This document shows, piece after piece, positions 25,350 to 36,007 of a stretch of DNA of 64,000 bases (its first letter is position 1; every line of letters begins with the position of its first letter). The translations under genes were made by a program, and so were the position numbers. The notes beneath the pieces are model-generated. The model searched no databases and was not told the origin of the DNA. It saw only the letters and a program-made list of their open reading frames with translations. The DNA comes from Curvularia clavata (taxonomy: Eukaryota), in the NCBI GenBank assembly GCA_023920165.1, contig CP089275.1:3038001-3102000 (forward strand), read 5' to 3'.

Positions 25350-25489
25350 GGGTCTTACCGCGACTCGAACGCGGGGCCTCTCGCAAGCTGTGCTCGGGAA
25401 ATCCCTAAGCGAGAATCATACCACTAGACGGTAGGGTTGTTAGTACTCGAATGTGTTGTATTGTGATGTGGTTGCTTACCCATAAGACC
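25350..25489 (-). tRNA. tRNA-Pro-AGG: tRNA-Pro(AGG) with a canonical 17-nt intron (25386-25402) plus a 51-nt spliceosomal-like insertion in the D-stem (25429-25479)
   Basis: Minus strand reads GGTCTTATGG [51 nt] TCTAGTGGTATGATTCTCGCTTAGGG [ATTTCCCGAGCACAGCT] TGCGAGAGGCCCCGCGTTCGAGTCGCGGTAAGACCC. It has a perfect 7-bp acceptor stem GGTCTTA/TAAGACC, anticodon stem CTCGC/GCGAG, T-stem CCGCG/CGCGG with TTCGAGT loop, and C73. Functionality is unproven. Confidence 0.9.
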
Positions 25490-25527
25490 AAACACGTGAT
25501 TTGATGGAAGAACAGGGAATTCCAAAC

Positions 25528-25533
25528 TTTATA
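25528..25533 (-). promoter_or_regulatory. TATA box upstream of the tRNA-Pro gene
   Basis: TATAAA on the minus strand, 39-44 nt upstream of the mature tRNA 5' end. Confidence 0.5.
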
Positions 25534-25829
25534 TTGGTGAGTATTTCCATCTCAAGGGGCTTGGGCTGTGAAGATTTCTCGTTCGCGTGGTCGCACTAAC
25601 ATGAAGTGCCCCCACCCAACCAGTCTAACCGAACTCGAGACTCACACGCCCTATGATACCCAATCCGCGACTAGAACATTCGATATACAAGGAATGGGTG
25701 GGGTGAGTGAACCTTTGAGTGCATCAGGCCTCCCTAGCAGGCGGATATATTCGAAGCGCTTCTCTTGTCTGGATTTCTTTGGCAGTCAATTGCGCTCGAA
25801 ATCCATCTGTACACGACAAGTAAGCAAAG

Positions 25830-26447
25830 ATGGCTCGAGCAAACGTCAATATTCGGCCCGCTGTCTTCCCAAACGACAAGGAAATTGTGGGACAACTCTT
25901 CCTGGCCTATGCACAATCTCTGCCCGTCAGTCTCGACTTTCAAAACTTCGAACATGAGCTGGCTGGATTGCCAGGGAAATATGCAGTTGAAAAGGGCGGC
26001 GCAGTGTGGTTGGCGTATGCATCGTCCAAATCATCTGAGTTGCCCTCTTCCACAACATCCTCTGCACAGAATGGCGAAGCACAGCCGGAACCTCGTCCAG
26101 GGGAAGAGGAACGGGCGGTAGGGTGCATAGCCATCCGACCGTTTTTCACTACGCCGACAACCGCCGAGTCTTCCGCGTTACTGGCGAACTCGACTTCATC
26201 AAGCACCACCACATGCGAACTCAAACGGCTTTTCTTGACTCCTGAATCGCGAGGCCTTGGTGTATCCAAGCTATTGATGGATGTCGCAATTGCCCAGGCG
26301 AAGAAATTGGGTTACAAGGAAATGTTGCTTGACACGCTGAGAACGATGACGCCTGCACGGAAACTGTACGAGGGGTTCGGGTTTGAGGAGGTTGGCAGCT
26401 ATTACGAAAACCCAAACGATGCTGTCTTCTATCGACTGGTGTTATGA
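25830..26447 (+). CDS. GNAT family N-acetyltransferase
   Basis: LDFQNFEHELAGLPGKYA, CELKRLFLTPESRGLGVSK (acetyl-CoA motif A) and LDTL..M..ARKLYE.FGF. Intronless, with two Ser/Thr-rich loop insertions. Confidence 0.92.
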   Translation: MARANVNIRPAVFPNDKEIVGQLFLAYAQSLPVSLDFQNFEHELAGLPGKYAVEKGGAVWLAYASSKSSELPSSTTSSAQNGEAQPEPRPGEEERAVGCIAIRPFFTTPTTAESSALLANSTSSSTTTCELKRLFLTPESRGLGVSKLLMDVAIAQAKKLGYKEMLLDTLRTMTPARKLYEGFGFEEVGSYYENPNDAVFYRLVL

Positions 26448-26764
26448 GGAAAGCCATACACAGCTATTTGAAAGGCATATGCGAAATCACGGTCGGCAAA
26501 TACAAAGTATGTTGGGGTTGGATCGGAGTTGGCGCTTGGCAAATAGTAAATGACAGCTAGGAGCGTGATCGCGCGTTTGACAGATATCGTCATCGATTTC
26601 GCCTAGCGCGTCGCCATTGTTCGCGACCGTGTCTGCAGCCGCAACTCCAGTCTAAGGGGTTACCGCCACCGACACCCGACACTGGCATTGATAATTACTC
26701 TCTTGCGATATACCACTCTTGTTGTTAGTTTTTGGTCCTGTGCACAATCTAATTACTTTCCGTG

Positions 26765-29494
26765 ATGGGCGCAACAGTAAAATCCCAGTCGACACCTGCG
26801 TCGTCCCCGCCACCAGTCACCATGGACAAAGAGAATGTGTCAAAAGCGATGCAAGAGGAAGAAGAGCGCATGAGGATACAGCGTGAGAAGGAAGACGCAA
26901 AACGGGACGCGCAGCTGGAGAAGGAGAGACAGGCGGACATCAAGAGTGGACGAGAGGTTTTGGATAAGAAGTTTCAGCAATTGGAATTCCTCATGAACAA
27001 ATCGAAGCTGTATGCGTCAGTGATGCTTCAGCAAATGCAAAAGCAAGAAGAAGAAGAGAACGCGCAGAATGAGAAGACGAACGGTGCAACTTCGACACGC
27101 GAGAAGAACGCTGAAAAGACAGCTGCCGAATCGCAGAGACGAGCCACACGCGCAAGCGCAGCAAACGGAACCGCCTCAGCAAACACAGAAGAGACAGACA
27201 CCACCCCGAACAAGGGGCGTGGGGGATCCAAGAAACAGGGCACGAAAGGCCGAGGGAGGCCAAAGAAGCAGCAATCGGACATATCTAGCTACTTTAGCAA
27301 AGAAGAGCTGAAGAAGAAGGCGGGCACTGAAGAGGCAGCAGAGGACGACAAAGATAACGTCAAGACGGGCGATATTGGAATGACGAACTTGAAGTCTGCC
27401 CGGCAGCCCAAACTTGTCACTGGAGGTACAATGCGATCATACCAGCTAGAGGGGCTTGAGTGGATGGTCTCGTTATACAACAACGGTATCAATGGTATTC
27501 TGGCTGACGAGATGGGGCTGGGAAAGACTATACAGACCATTGCCATGTTGGCGCATTTATGGGAGAACAAATCGTACGGTCCTTTTCTGATTGCGGCACC
27601 ACTCAGTACCACAAGCAACTGGGTTGCAGAATTTGAGAAGTGGACACCAAGCATCCCGGTCATGCTCTACCACGGCGATAAAAAGGAGCGCGAGAGATTG
27701 CGTAAAACTAGATTACGAAACCCTGGCACCGCTGACTTCCCTATCATGGTCACGAGCTATGAAATATGTATGAACGACCGCAAATACCTTACCAGCTTCG
27801 GATGGCAGTTCATCATAATTGACGAGGGGCATCGCATCAAGAATCTCGATTGTCGACTAATTCGCGAGCTGCAGCAGTTTCAATCTGCAAACCGTCTGCT
27901 TATTACCGGTACTCCACTACAGAACAATCTGACAGAGCTATGGTCGCTACTTCATTTCCTTCTGCCTACAGTATTCGACAAGCTGTCGACCTTTGAGAGC
28001 TGGTTCGATTTTTCTGGCCTGAAGGACAAGGCGAGCTTCGAGCAACTACTGTCCGAAGAGCGCCAGCAATATCTAGTCAAGTCATTGCATGCAGTGCTAA
28101 AGCCCTTCCTGCTACGCCGCGTTAAGACGGATGTCGAAAGCTTGATGCCCAAGAAGCGCGAATACGTTTTGTACGCACCGCTAACCTCGATGCAACGTGA
28201 GCTGTACCAAGCCATTCTCGATGGTACGAGCCGATCCTTTCTCGAGGACAAGGCAGTGGAGCGGCTCAGCATTGGTCTGAGTAGCCGAGCAGGAACACCG
28301 TTGAGCATTCGCAGTGCTAACGGTAGTAACAAGCGCAAAGCTCCAAGCGGCTTGGACACTCCTAACAAGAGCTCAAAGACCTCTCGCGCTGGCACACCTT
28401 CTTCTGTCGCATCGACTAGAAGCCGAGGCCGTCCAAAGAAAAACTACGAGGAGGTTAGTGACCGAAAGTACTTTGCCAATTTGGGTCAATCGGAATCAGA
28501 GTCAGAAGACGAGCACGATCTAAGCTCGGATGCTGAGGAAGAGAGAATACGTGCTGCTACCTTTGAGATTGCGAAACGTCAACTCATGCAGAAGAAATTG
28601 GGCAACCCTATCATGCAACTTCGGCTATGCTGTAATTCGCCTTACAACTTCTTCAACCCGTTCATCAAGGTCGATACGGATGGGACTGAAACGTTCGCTT
28701 CAGAAACAGAACCGGATGAGACAATCGTCTCAACTTCGGGCAAGATGCTCCTATTGGACTCCCTCCTTCCCGAGCTAATAGCCCGGGGCCACAAAGTCCT
28801 CATCTTCTCTCAGTTCACAACGACCCTCGACCTCCTCGGCCACTATTTGAATCTTCGATCCTGGAACTACTCTCGTATAGATGGCTCAGTTGCACAGACT
28901 GATCGTCAAGACCAAATATTAGCTTTCAACAAACCCTCATCTGCCACAAAAGAAGCAGCTGATATCTTCATCCTGTCCACGCGTGCTGGTGGCCAGGGTA
29001 TCAACCTAGCAGCAGCAGATACCGTCATCCTTTTCGACAGTGATTGGAATCCACAACAAGATCTTCAAGCCATGGATCGCGCACACCGTATCGGTCAAAC
29101 TCGCAACGTCATTGTTTACCGCTTTGCAACGCGCAATACAGTCGAGCAGAAACTCCTTGAGTCCGCCGAAGCGAAGCGCCGTCTTGAAAAACTTGTCATT
29201 CGAAAGGGCGGCGTGCGCAATGATCGCGGCGGGGCTAGAGGCGCAGAGAAAGAGCAGGAGCTTGAAGAGCTTCAAAAGCTTCTAAGAAGGAGTGATGGAG
29301 AAAAGTATGATATTAATGAGGCAAGTAAAGGTGGAAAACTGTTGGGTAAAGAGGAGCTTGAGATTCTGTTGGACAGGAGTGATGATGCATATGAGAGAGC
29401 GGAGAAGGGGTTGGATGTTGGCGGAGACGGCGCTGTTTTCCAAGCTGTGGGGAAGAGGGAAGAAGGTGCACTTATGGAGGGTTTGCGGGCGTAA
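26765..29494 (+). CDS. IRC5: SNF2-family chromatin remodeler, HELLS/LSH/DDM1 (Irc5/MUS-30) subfamily
   Basis: Intronless. N-terminal coiled coil, RQPKLVTGGTMRSYQLEGLEW, GILADEMGLGKT, DEGH box, LLITGTPLQNNL, STRAGGQGINL and QAMDRAHRIGQ. Confidence 0.9.
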   Translation: MGATVKSQSTPASSPPPVTMDKENVSKAMQEEEERMRIQREKEDAKRDAQLEKERQADIKSGREVLDKKFQQLEFLMNKSKLYASVMLQQMQKQEEEENAQNEKTNGATSTREKNAEKTAAESQRRATRASAANGTASANTEETDTTPNKGRGGSKKQGTKGRGRPKKQQSDISSYFSKEELKKKAGTEEAAEDDKDNVKTGDIGMTNLKSARQPKLVTGGTMRSYQLEGLEWMVSLYNNGINGILADEMGLGKTIQTIAMLAHLWENKSYGPFLIAAPLSTTSNWVAEFEKWTPSIPVMLYHGDKKERERLRKTRLRNPGTADFPIMVTSYEICMNDRKYLTSFGWQFIIIDEGHRIKNLDCRLIRELQQFQSANRLLITGTPLQNNLTELWSLLHFLLPTVFDKLSTFESWFDFSGLKDKASFEQLLSEERQQYLVKSLHAVLKPFLLRRVKTDVESLMPKKREYVLYAPLTSMQRELYQAILDGTSRSFLEDKAVERLSIGLSSRAGTPLSIRSANGSNKRKAPSGLDTPNKSSKTSRAGTPSSVASTRSRGRPKKNYEEVSDRKYFANLGQSESESEDEHDLSSDAEEERIRAATFEIAKRQLMQKKLGNPIMQLRLCCNSPYNFFNPFIKVDTDGTETFASETEPDETIVSTSGKMLLLDSLLPELIARGHKVLIFSQFTTTLDLLGHYLNLRSWNYSRIDGSVAQTDRQDQILAFNKPSSATKEAADIFILSTRAGGQGINLAAADTVILFDSDWNPQQDLQAMDRAHRIGQTRNVIVYRFATRNTVEQKLLESAEAKRRLEKLVIRKGGVRNDRGGARGAEKEQELEELQKLLRRSDGEKYDINEASKGGKLLGKEELEILLDRSDDAYERAEKGLDVGGDGAVFQAVGKREEGALMEGLRA

Positions 29495-31951
29495 TGAACC
29501 TGGGAGCTGGCGGGGCTTAATTTTGGCTTCTTTTTCGGAATTGTAAGTACAGGACATACTGTTCAATTGTATAACAATAGTTATGGGCTTTCGCGTCGCT
29601 CACGTTCACAATCACCACATTTTCAGACGTAGCTTTGTTCCTATTCGTTCAGCTTGGAAATACTGCTCAGGAATACAAAGGTCATGCCATCAGGATAATA
29701 GATTTTGCCGCTGTTTTTGGCTGCTCTGATCTAATCAGCTAAGGCAGTGACTTTCTTAAGCCTTTATAGCACGTCCATGCCGTTTTCTTGGATCAGAGGT
29801 AACATTGTTATTTCCGGTGATACTTCGAACTACTATAAGGGACTTTAGTTGCCAACTAGGGTCGAGTCAGCTGACAGTGGTGATGGGTTGTAAGATTGGA
29901 TCCAAGTCATTCATAGTCTACGCTGAAAAATCATTAGCGATTCAGCGCGAGGTCTGAAGATCCTGGACGAGCAAGTGACACCATGCTATCGTCAGGTGAC
30001 ATGTAGCTCACATGTTGAACGCACGCAGCTGTCTAGATGTATCTCAGTAGCTTATGTTCTGGCATGACCAGCCTGTCATTGGGACAATGGAATGTTAGAA
30101 AGGTTTGCCTGGTTCCAGCAAGGTTCAGCTTCAGTGGGTTAGGGTAAACTACCCCGTGATGTCAACGACAGTTTGCCTCTAAGAACGAACAGATTTCTGC
30201 AGACCACGTATCACGATAATCTTAACTTTAACCAGCGCGGAACAGCCTCCCCCTTTACCCTGAAGCGGTACATCTTCGTAAACGTGAGCTGCAATTTTGC
30301 CGATCCCAAACGAAGACGTTGCTTCGTCTCAGCCGTGTTCACTGTGCAAAGCTACCTGCTACCTTGTTATTGGTGTCAATTTTACAAGACAAGGGTTGCA
30401 AGTGTTCAGCGCATTTCCTGTTGTCTTCTGATCGATATGCAGATCTGCTGTGATCAGCACGACTAGACTAATTCTGCATCTAACACGGGAAGCCCCACCA
30501 GCATCCTCCTGGATCCAAACAAGCCAGCAGTAGCATGAACTGGCTCAACCGAGGCAGGCTGCACAAGGACTGACTAATAGTATATTTCCTATTGAACCAA
30601 AGGAAGAACCGCTCGCAATAGCTCTGCTTGACAAATAGCCTTCCCACCACTCTCGCTCTTGCTAGCACTAGTGCAAGGGATCTGGATCTATCGAAAAAAC
30701 GACGTCAGAGATCAGACGAGTAAGGGGCACAATTGCAGATCGCACGCCGCCCACACCCAAATCAGGACCCTCATTCCCAGTAAACGGTCCGATGTACGCA
30801 ATTGGGCAATGAGAACAAATTCACAAACTCTTTTTGGCGTCTTTCCCCTCGTCCCGGCAATTACCAGACCCTAGCCTCATCCCAAAAGCACCTTAGTCCA
30901 CTATCTCGGAAACAAACGCGTCCGAGCCAATAGGAGGAAGTAGAATGAAACTTTTGGACTATCACCATTCCGTTGTTTGGAACAAGCAATCGACCTCGCA
31001 GCCCAGAACTCGTTGCAATTTTAAAATGATTGAAATATGTTTTAACTTCCCCCCATCATGCACTTGCTCGTTAGCAAAACCAATATCTTCACACCCAAGA
31101 TCGCAGACATGTGAACAATGTAGCGCTTCTCTTCCACGCAAACAACGACACATGTTCGTAGACCCTAGGATCCACACAGAGGACTAAGAAAGCCCACTTA
31201 CCCCAGACGCTCTCATCCCGCATGACCAAGAAAAGCGGCACAAAACACCGGGGGTAGTAGTGGGTAGTTGGGTAGGTGGCGACGTATGTATGCAACACAC
31301 GCCTTGCGCATCTCCCATCCATATTCCAACGAATCACGCGTCTCGGAAAGAGGCCAAAAAATCCATCATGCTACACACATGTGTTTTCCTCCGAGACTAA
31401 CGTAGGCCTCGAACGCCAAAAAGTCGGACGTGAAGACTGTTTACGTGCTAGAAGATGAAAGATCTAGGAACGACTTACATGCAGGCGTGCGTAGGAGGAG
31501 AGTAGCTTGATCGTAGATTTACCGCTCCATCTAGTCTCACCCAGAGAAACAAGGAACCCGGGGAAGTGGGTTTTTTGGCCGGGTAGTGGCGGGGACGGAG
31601 GAATGGCTATATCGGAGCATGTATGTATGCACGAGTGTAACAGCAGAAGATTGCGTAGTGCAATATGATGGAAATATAGTAAGTTTTACCCAATCGGGGC
31701 GGACATGTTTCTTTGTTCGGTTCACTACATGGTTTCGAGCGGATATGTCCGTTGTACGACCGTCGCTATCGCCGTCTGTTGACCGGGTCATGGGGAGAAG
31801 GGAGAGGAGACGGCAAAGGTGATGGATGACAGATGACGGGGAAACAGTCGGAAAAGGAAAGACGATCAGATATATATCTATTAACATTCCTCTCCTTCTC
31901 ACCCAGGAGACTCCTTGGCAAAAGCTCCTTTGTCGCGTTGAATTTGCAACC

Positions 31952-33459
31952 ATGTACTTCCCTTCCCTCCGACTAACCTTGTTTGTTGCCGGTGCTGCAA
32001 CACCACATTTAACAAGTGCCTGGCCAACTGCCATTCTCGACGCAGCAAGCCATGATCCCAATTTACTCAAGCGCGCAGAGGAAGCAGTAAGGGCGCTTGA
32101 GGCAAGACAAGGCAGTGCGAGCGCGGCCACGCCCATTTTTGAACCCGTACCCATTTTCGACGCAAAAACACAGTACATAAATGTGAGCGCAGGAAGCGGG
32201 CATGAATATGTTCCTCCTGGGCCGGGTGACCTTCGAGGCCCATGTCCTGGGCTCAACGCGCTGGCAAATCATGTACGTATATTCCGACTTTCTTGATCTC
32301 AAATTCCCACAATGCACATTTCTATCAACCATCCATCTTTTCCCCCTCAATCTACCTATAGATTATGTTAAACCCTAATGATTCCAACTTCTTTGACTTA
32401 ACCCAACTCACACACGCAGAACTTCCTACCCCACTCCGGCTACGCGACTGTAACCCAATACGTCGCTGCCACGACCTCAGTCGTAGGCATGGGCCCGAGA
32501 CTCGCCCTCTTACTTAGTGTTCTCGGCGGAGCTCTCGATGGAGACATCCTGAATTGGTCCATGGGCGGCAAGCCATCTCTCCTTCAGGCCGGTGCCACGG
32601 GCATCCTAGCCAACGGCCTCATCGGCTCCCACAACAAATACGAAACGGATGCTTCACCTACCCGACCTGATCTCTACCAATCCGGTAACAACTACCAAAC
32701 CGTGCCCTCGCAGTTCCAAGCCCTCGTTGATGCATCTGGTGGAAAAGAGGTCACGATGGAGAGTCTGACGTCGTTTCGGAGCCAGCGGGTAGACGCACAG
32801 AGAGGTAGTAATCCGTATTACTTTAGCGGACCGTTCTCCGGGGTGCTGGTGCAGCCCGCGGCGTATACATTTATATATAGGTTTATGGCGAATCATTCTG
32901 CGGAGAGGCCCGAGGGAGTTTTGCCAATTGATGTGCTGAAGAGTTGGTTTGGGATTGAAGGGGAGAGTGGTAGTTATAAAGCTGTGCAGGGAGCGGAGAG
33001 AATACCCGAGCATTGGTTTCGTCGACCGATTGCGTACCCGTACGAGACAGAATATTTCCTTGCTGATGTCCTGAATGCGGCGGCTTTGCATCCCAAATTC
33101 CTTGATATTGGAGGGTAAGTTCACCTACCTTACTTTTTTTTTTCTCCCTAAACATTCACACGGACTAATTTCATCACAGCAACACTGGCACACCCAACTC
33201 CTTCGTCGGCGTTGACGTCGCAGACCTGACTGGTGGCATTTTCAACTCTGCCGACCTTCTCAAAGGAAACAACCTTGGATGCTTCGTGTACCAGCTCTCC
33301 GCACAGGCGAAGCCGGATATTCTGCTTGGTGCGCTCATGGCACTTACTGATATTGTGGGAAAGCTGGTGGGTGCTTTGAGTTGTCCGCAGCTCAAGGCGA
33401 TTGATGAGAGCAAGTTGCAGCAGTTCCCTGGGTATAAGAAGCAGGCGGTGTATGGGTAG
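31952..33459 (+). CDS. Secreted heme-thiolate peroxidase / unspecific peroxygenase (chloroperoxidase family, long type); 3 exons
   Basis: Signal peptide MYFPSLRLTLFVAG.., proximal Cys motif RGPCPGLNALANH and SHNKYETDASPTR. Introns at ~32273-32419 and ~33115-33179. Stop TAG at 33457-33459. Confidence 0.92.
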
Positions 33460-34176
33460 AGAGTGAGACAGACAGAAGTGGGAATTGTGTTATGAATTTA
33501 CGACATATTTATTGAGTTCGAGGATTAGTATAGTCTGATATCTATAAAGGAAACGAATGCCTTTATGAACACAAGAACCTTTAAGTCATTCGAGACAATC
33601 TGGTTTGATCAAGCATCACATCACACTACAGACACGTGCGACAGGCAAGCCATATTATATGTGCCCACCTACACAAATATGTAACGAGACGTGTCAGGCC
33701 CGACTCTCATGTAAAGAGCCAGACATACAAAAGACACTTCTCGATCTTCTTCTTCCAACGTTCCGTTAAGAGTGCACCGTATCAAATCACAGGACTCCTG
33801 CAGGCTCAAGGCCTGCATCGTTGGTGTGTAGTACATCACAAAGTTGATCAAAGACTGTAAAGTCTCAAGACCGAGACGAAATCAGGGTTAGCTGGGCAAT
33901 CGACAGACAGGGACATGGTGCAAGCATCATGAATATCGAATCTTCGATATCTGCAACCTACTGGCCAATTGATGGCTTCGTATAATGTCCCGTTGAATCG
34001 TAATTTTTGCCCAAAAATAAACATGTGGTTTATGCCACCACCTACCCTTGCTCCTTTCTTACAACGCCTAACGTGCCTTCTACAAAAAGTAGTAAAGCGA
34101 CACCCATACGCCTTGCTAATAGCAAATAGCAAACCAGAGAGCGGACCTTTCCGCTTTTCCTTGGCATCAAGGTTCT

Positions 34177-36007
34177 CTAGTCGTAATGCATAAACAGCTG
34201 GCTCATGCTCTCACCATGGTGGTTTCGCCTTATTGCCTCTGCTAAGAGGTTGTCAACTTTGATAATATCTAGCTTGTCCTCGCTTGCTTGGGCGAGCTTG
34301 TGATCGGGGATGGGGAACGCATTGGTGATGACAATCTTGTCAATGACATCACAGTGGCTCATTTCCTCAAGACAGTCGCCGCCAAAGATGCCATGTGTAG
34401 CAAAGCAGTACACCTTGGTTGCACCACCGCGCTTGACAACAGTCTCAGCGGCCGCAATCCACGATGCGGACTTGTCCATCATGTCGTCGACAATGAAGAC
34501 GGGGCGATCTTTGACGTTGCCGACAAGCGTGACCATGGTTTCAAGCTCAGGGTTCTTGAGGTCTTCTTCCTCGTCTTCCGACGAAGCAGCGGCGTCGTAG
34601 GTACCACCTAGCGCATGCGAGTGCTCGGTCTCTCTGTTACGGCTGGATGAGGCATTGGAAACAAACGATGCCATCATGTGATTGGGTATGTCGTCGTTGT
34701 CGCCCTCCGACGGCGGACGATTGCGCCAGGTGCTGTGCGAGGTCGCGGACATGGACGGCGAAGGGTGACTGTCGTCGACAATGTGGCCTTGTACTAGACG
34801 TCCGTGGATGACGTTCCGAGCGCGCTGCGATGGTCAGCATGGCAACACAAACATTGAGAGCAGACAAACCTCATCCGTGTACTCCTCTTCGGCACCACTC
34901 TCATCTGCACTGGGCTCCTCGGACTCCTCTTGCTCCTGGTTCTCTGCATCAGTTCGAATGGGCTCGAGTGGGACCTCTGGCTCAACAATGGAGCCCGCTC
35001 GCATCGACTTGGACAATGGATGGCTGCCCGTTGGCTCTGAGCCATGAACTCGCCGCACGAGCGGGTTGGTGGGGGTGCGTCTAAGGTTGGATTTGCCTGG
35101 GTCCGCCTTTGGATCAATTGTGATGTTGCTGATGGGCGTGATATCGGCATCTGAATCTAGCGCAGCTCGGACTAAGCCGGGCGTCTCGTACGCACCATCC
35201 AGTCGAAGTTGCTCGAACATGGCGCTCTCGTTCCAGTGCACCGCTGTGCCAGCTCGGCGCCTGTCGGTCGTCACAATGCCGAAACTGAGCTTCAACGCAT
35301 CGGCTAGCGATGTGACACGCTTTGTGCCGCCGGGATTCTTGCTAACAACCACGGCCTCCCTCCAATTGGGGACATTAACGCGAATCCAACGCGCAATGAG
35401 GGGTTCGGCGACGAGGTTGTCCACGGGGCACTTGAAGAAGCCCTGCATCTGCGAAGCGTGCAGGTCAATGGTCATGACGTGACTGACACCGGCTATGTGC
35501 AAAAGGTTTGCGACCATGCGAGCGGTAATGGCACCACGGTGCTGCTTCTTCTTGGACTGGCGCGAGTAGGGGAAGTAAGGCATGACGGCTGGGGCAGTTA
35601 GTAGCTGGCGTGGAGCTCATGGAAACGCCCAGTACCTGTGACTGACTTGGCCGAGCCGCCTTTGCAGGCCGAGATCATAATCAGCAGCTCCATCACCGAG
35701 TCGTTGATTCTGACCCATTAGCCATTTGGCGCGCACGACAGGGCTGGGCTACGCACTTCTCGCTCCCACTCTGGACAATAAATACATCCTTGTTTCGGAT
35801 CGAGGTATCTGGGCTGCTATTAGCATTGGGGCGATGAAGTAGAGGGCATGTGAAGGGGTGTGAAGCAAACATACGGATGGTGACTGAAGTCTCTCCATTT
35901 TTGAATTTGCCTAGGGTTGCAGAGCCAGGCTTCATGCCCAGCCGGTCGCAAATGCCCTCGACAAGCTTGGGATGCGAAGTGCCGCCAAAGACGATGGCGC
36001 CCCTCAT
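34177..36007 (-). CDS. PRS1: Ribose-phosphate pyrophosphokinase, Prs1 type with long non-homologous insertion
   Basis: MRGAIVFGGTSHPKL, FKNGETSV, HRGAITARMVANLL, DLHASQMQGFF, SKNPGGTKRV and a long acidic insert before TLVGNVKDRPVFIVDDMMD. Introns include 35809-35874. Confidence 0.95.

Noticed and set aside
25425..25485. Bulge-helix-bulge (tRNA-endonuclease) explanation for the 51-nt tRNA insertion
   Set aside because: The termini can pair weakly (GGTA/TACC), but neither possible junction register gives a 4-bp central helix with correctly placed 3-nt bulges. The GTAAG and TACTAAC signals fit a spliceosomal origin better.
29600..31900. Possible hidden gene or ncRNA between IRC5 and the peroxygenase
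   Set aside because: Only short unrelated ORFs, and no tRNA, 5S or snRNA signature recognised by eye.
5605..35874. Several stop-free introns with length divisible by 3 (5605-5652, 13965-14018, 22125-22172, 22493-22540, 35809-35874) suggesting regulated intron retention
   Set aside because: With dozens of ~50-nt introns in the window, a handful of in-frame stop-free ones is expected by chance.
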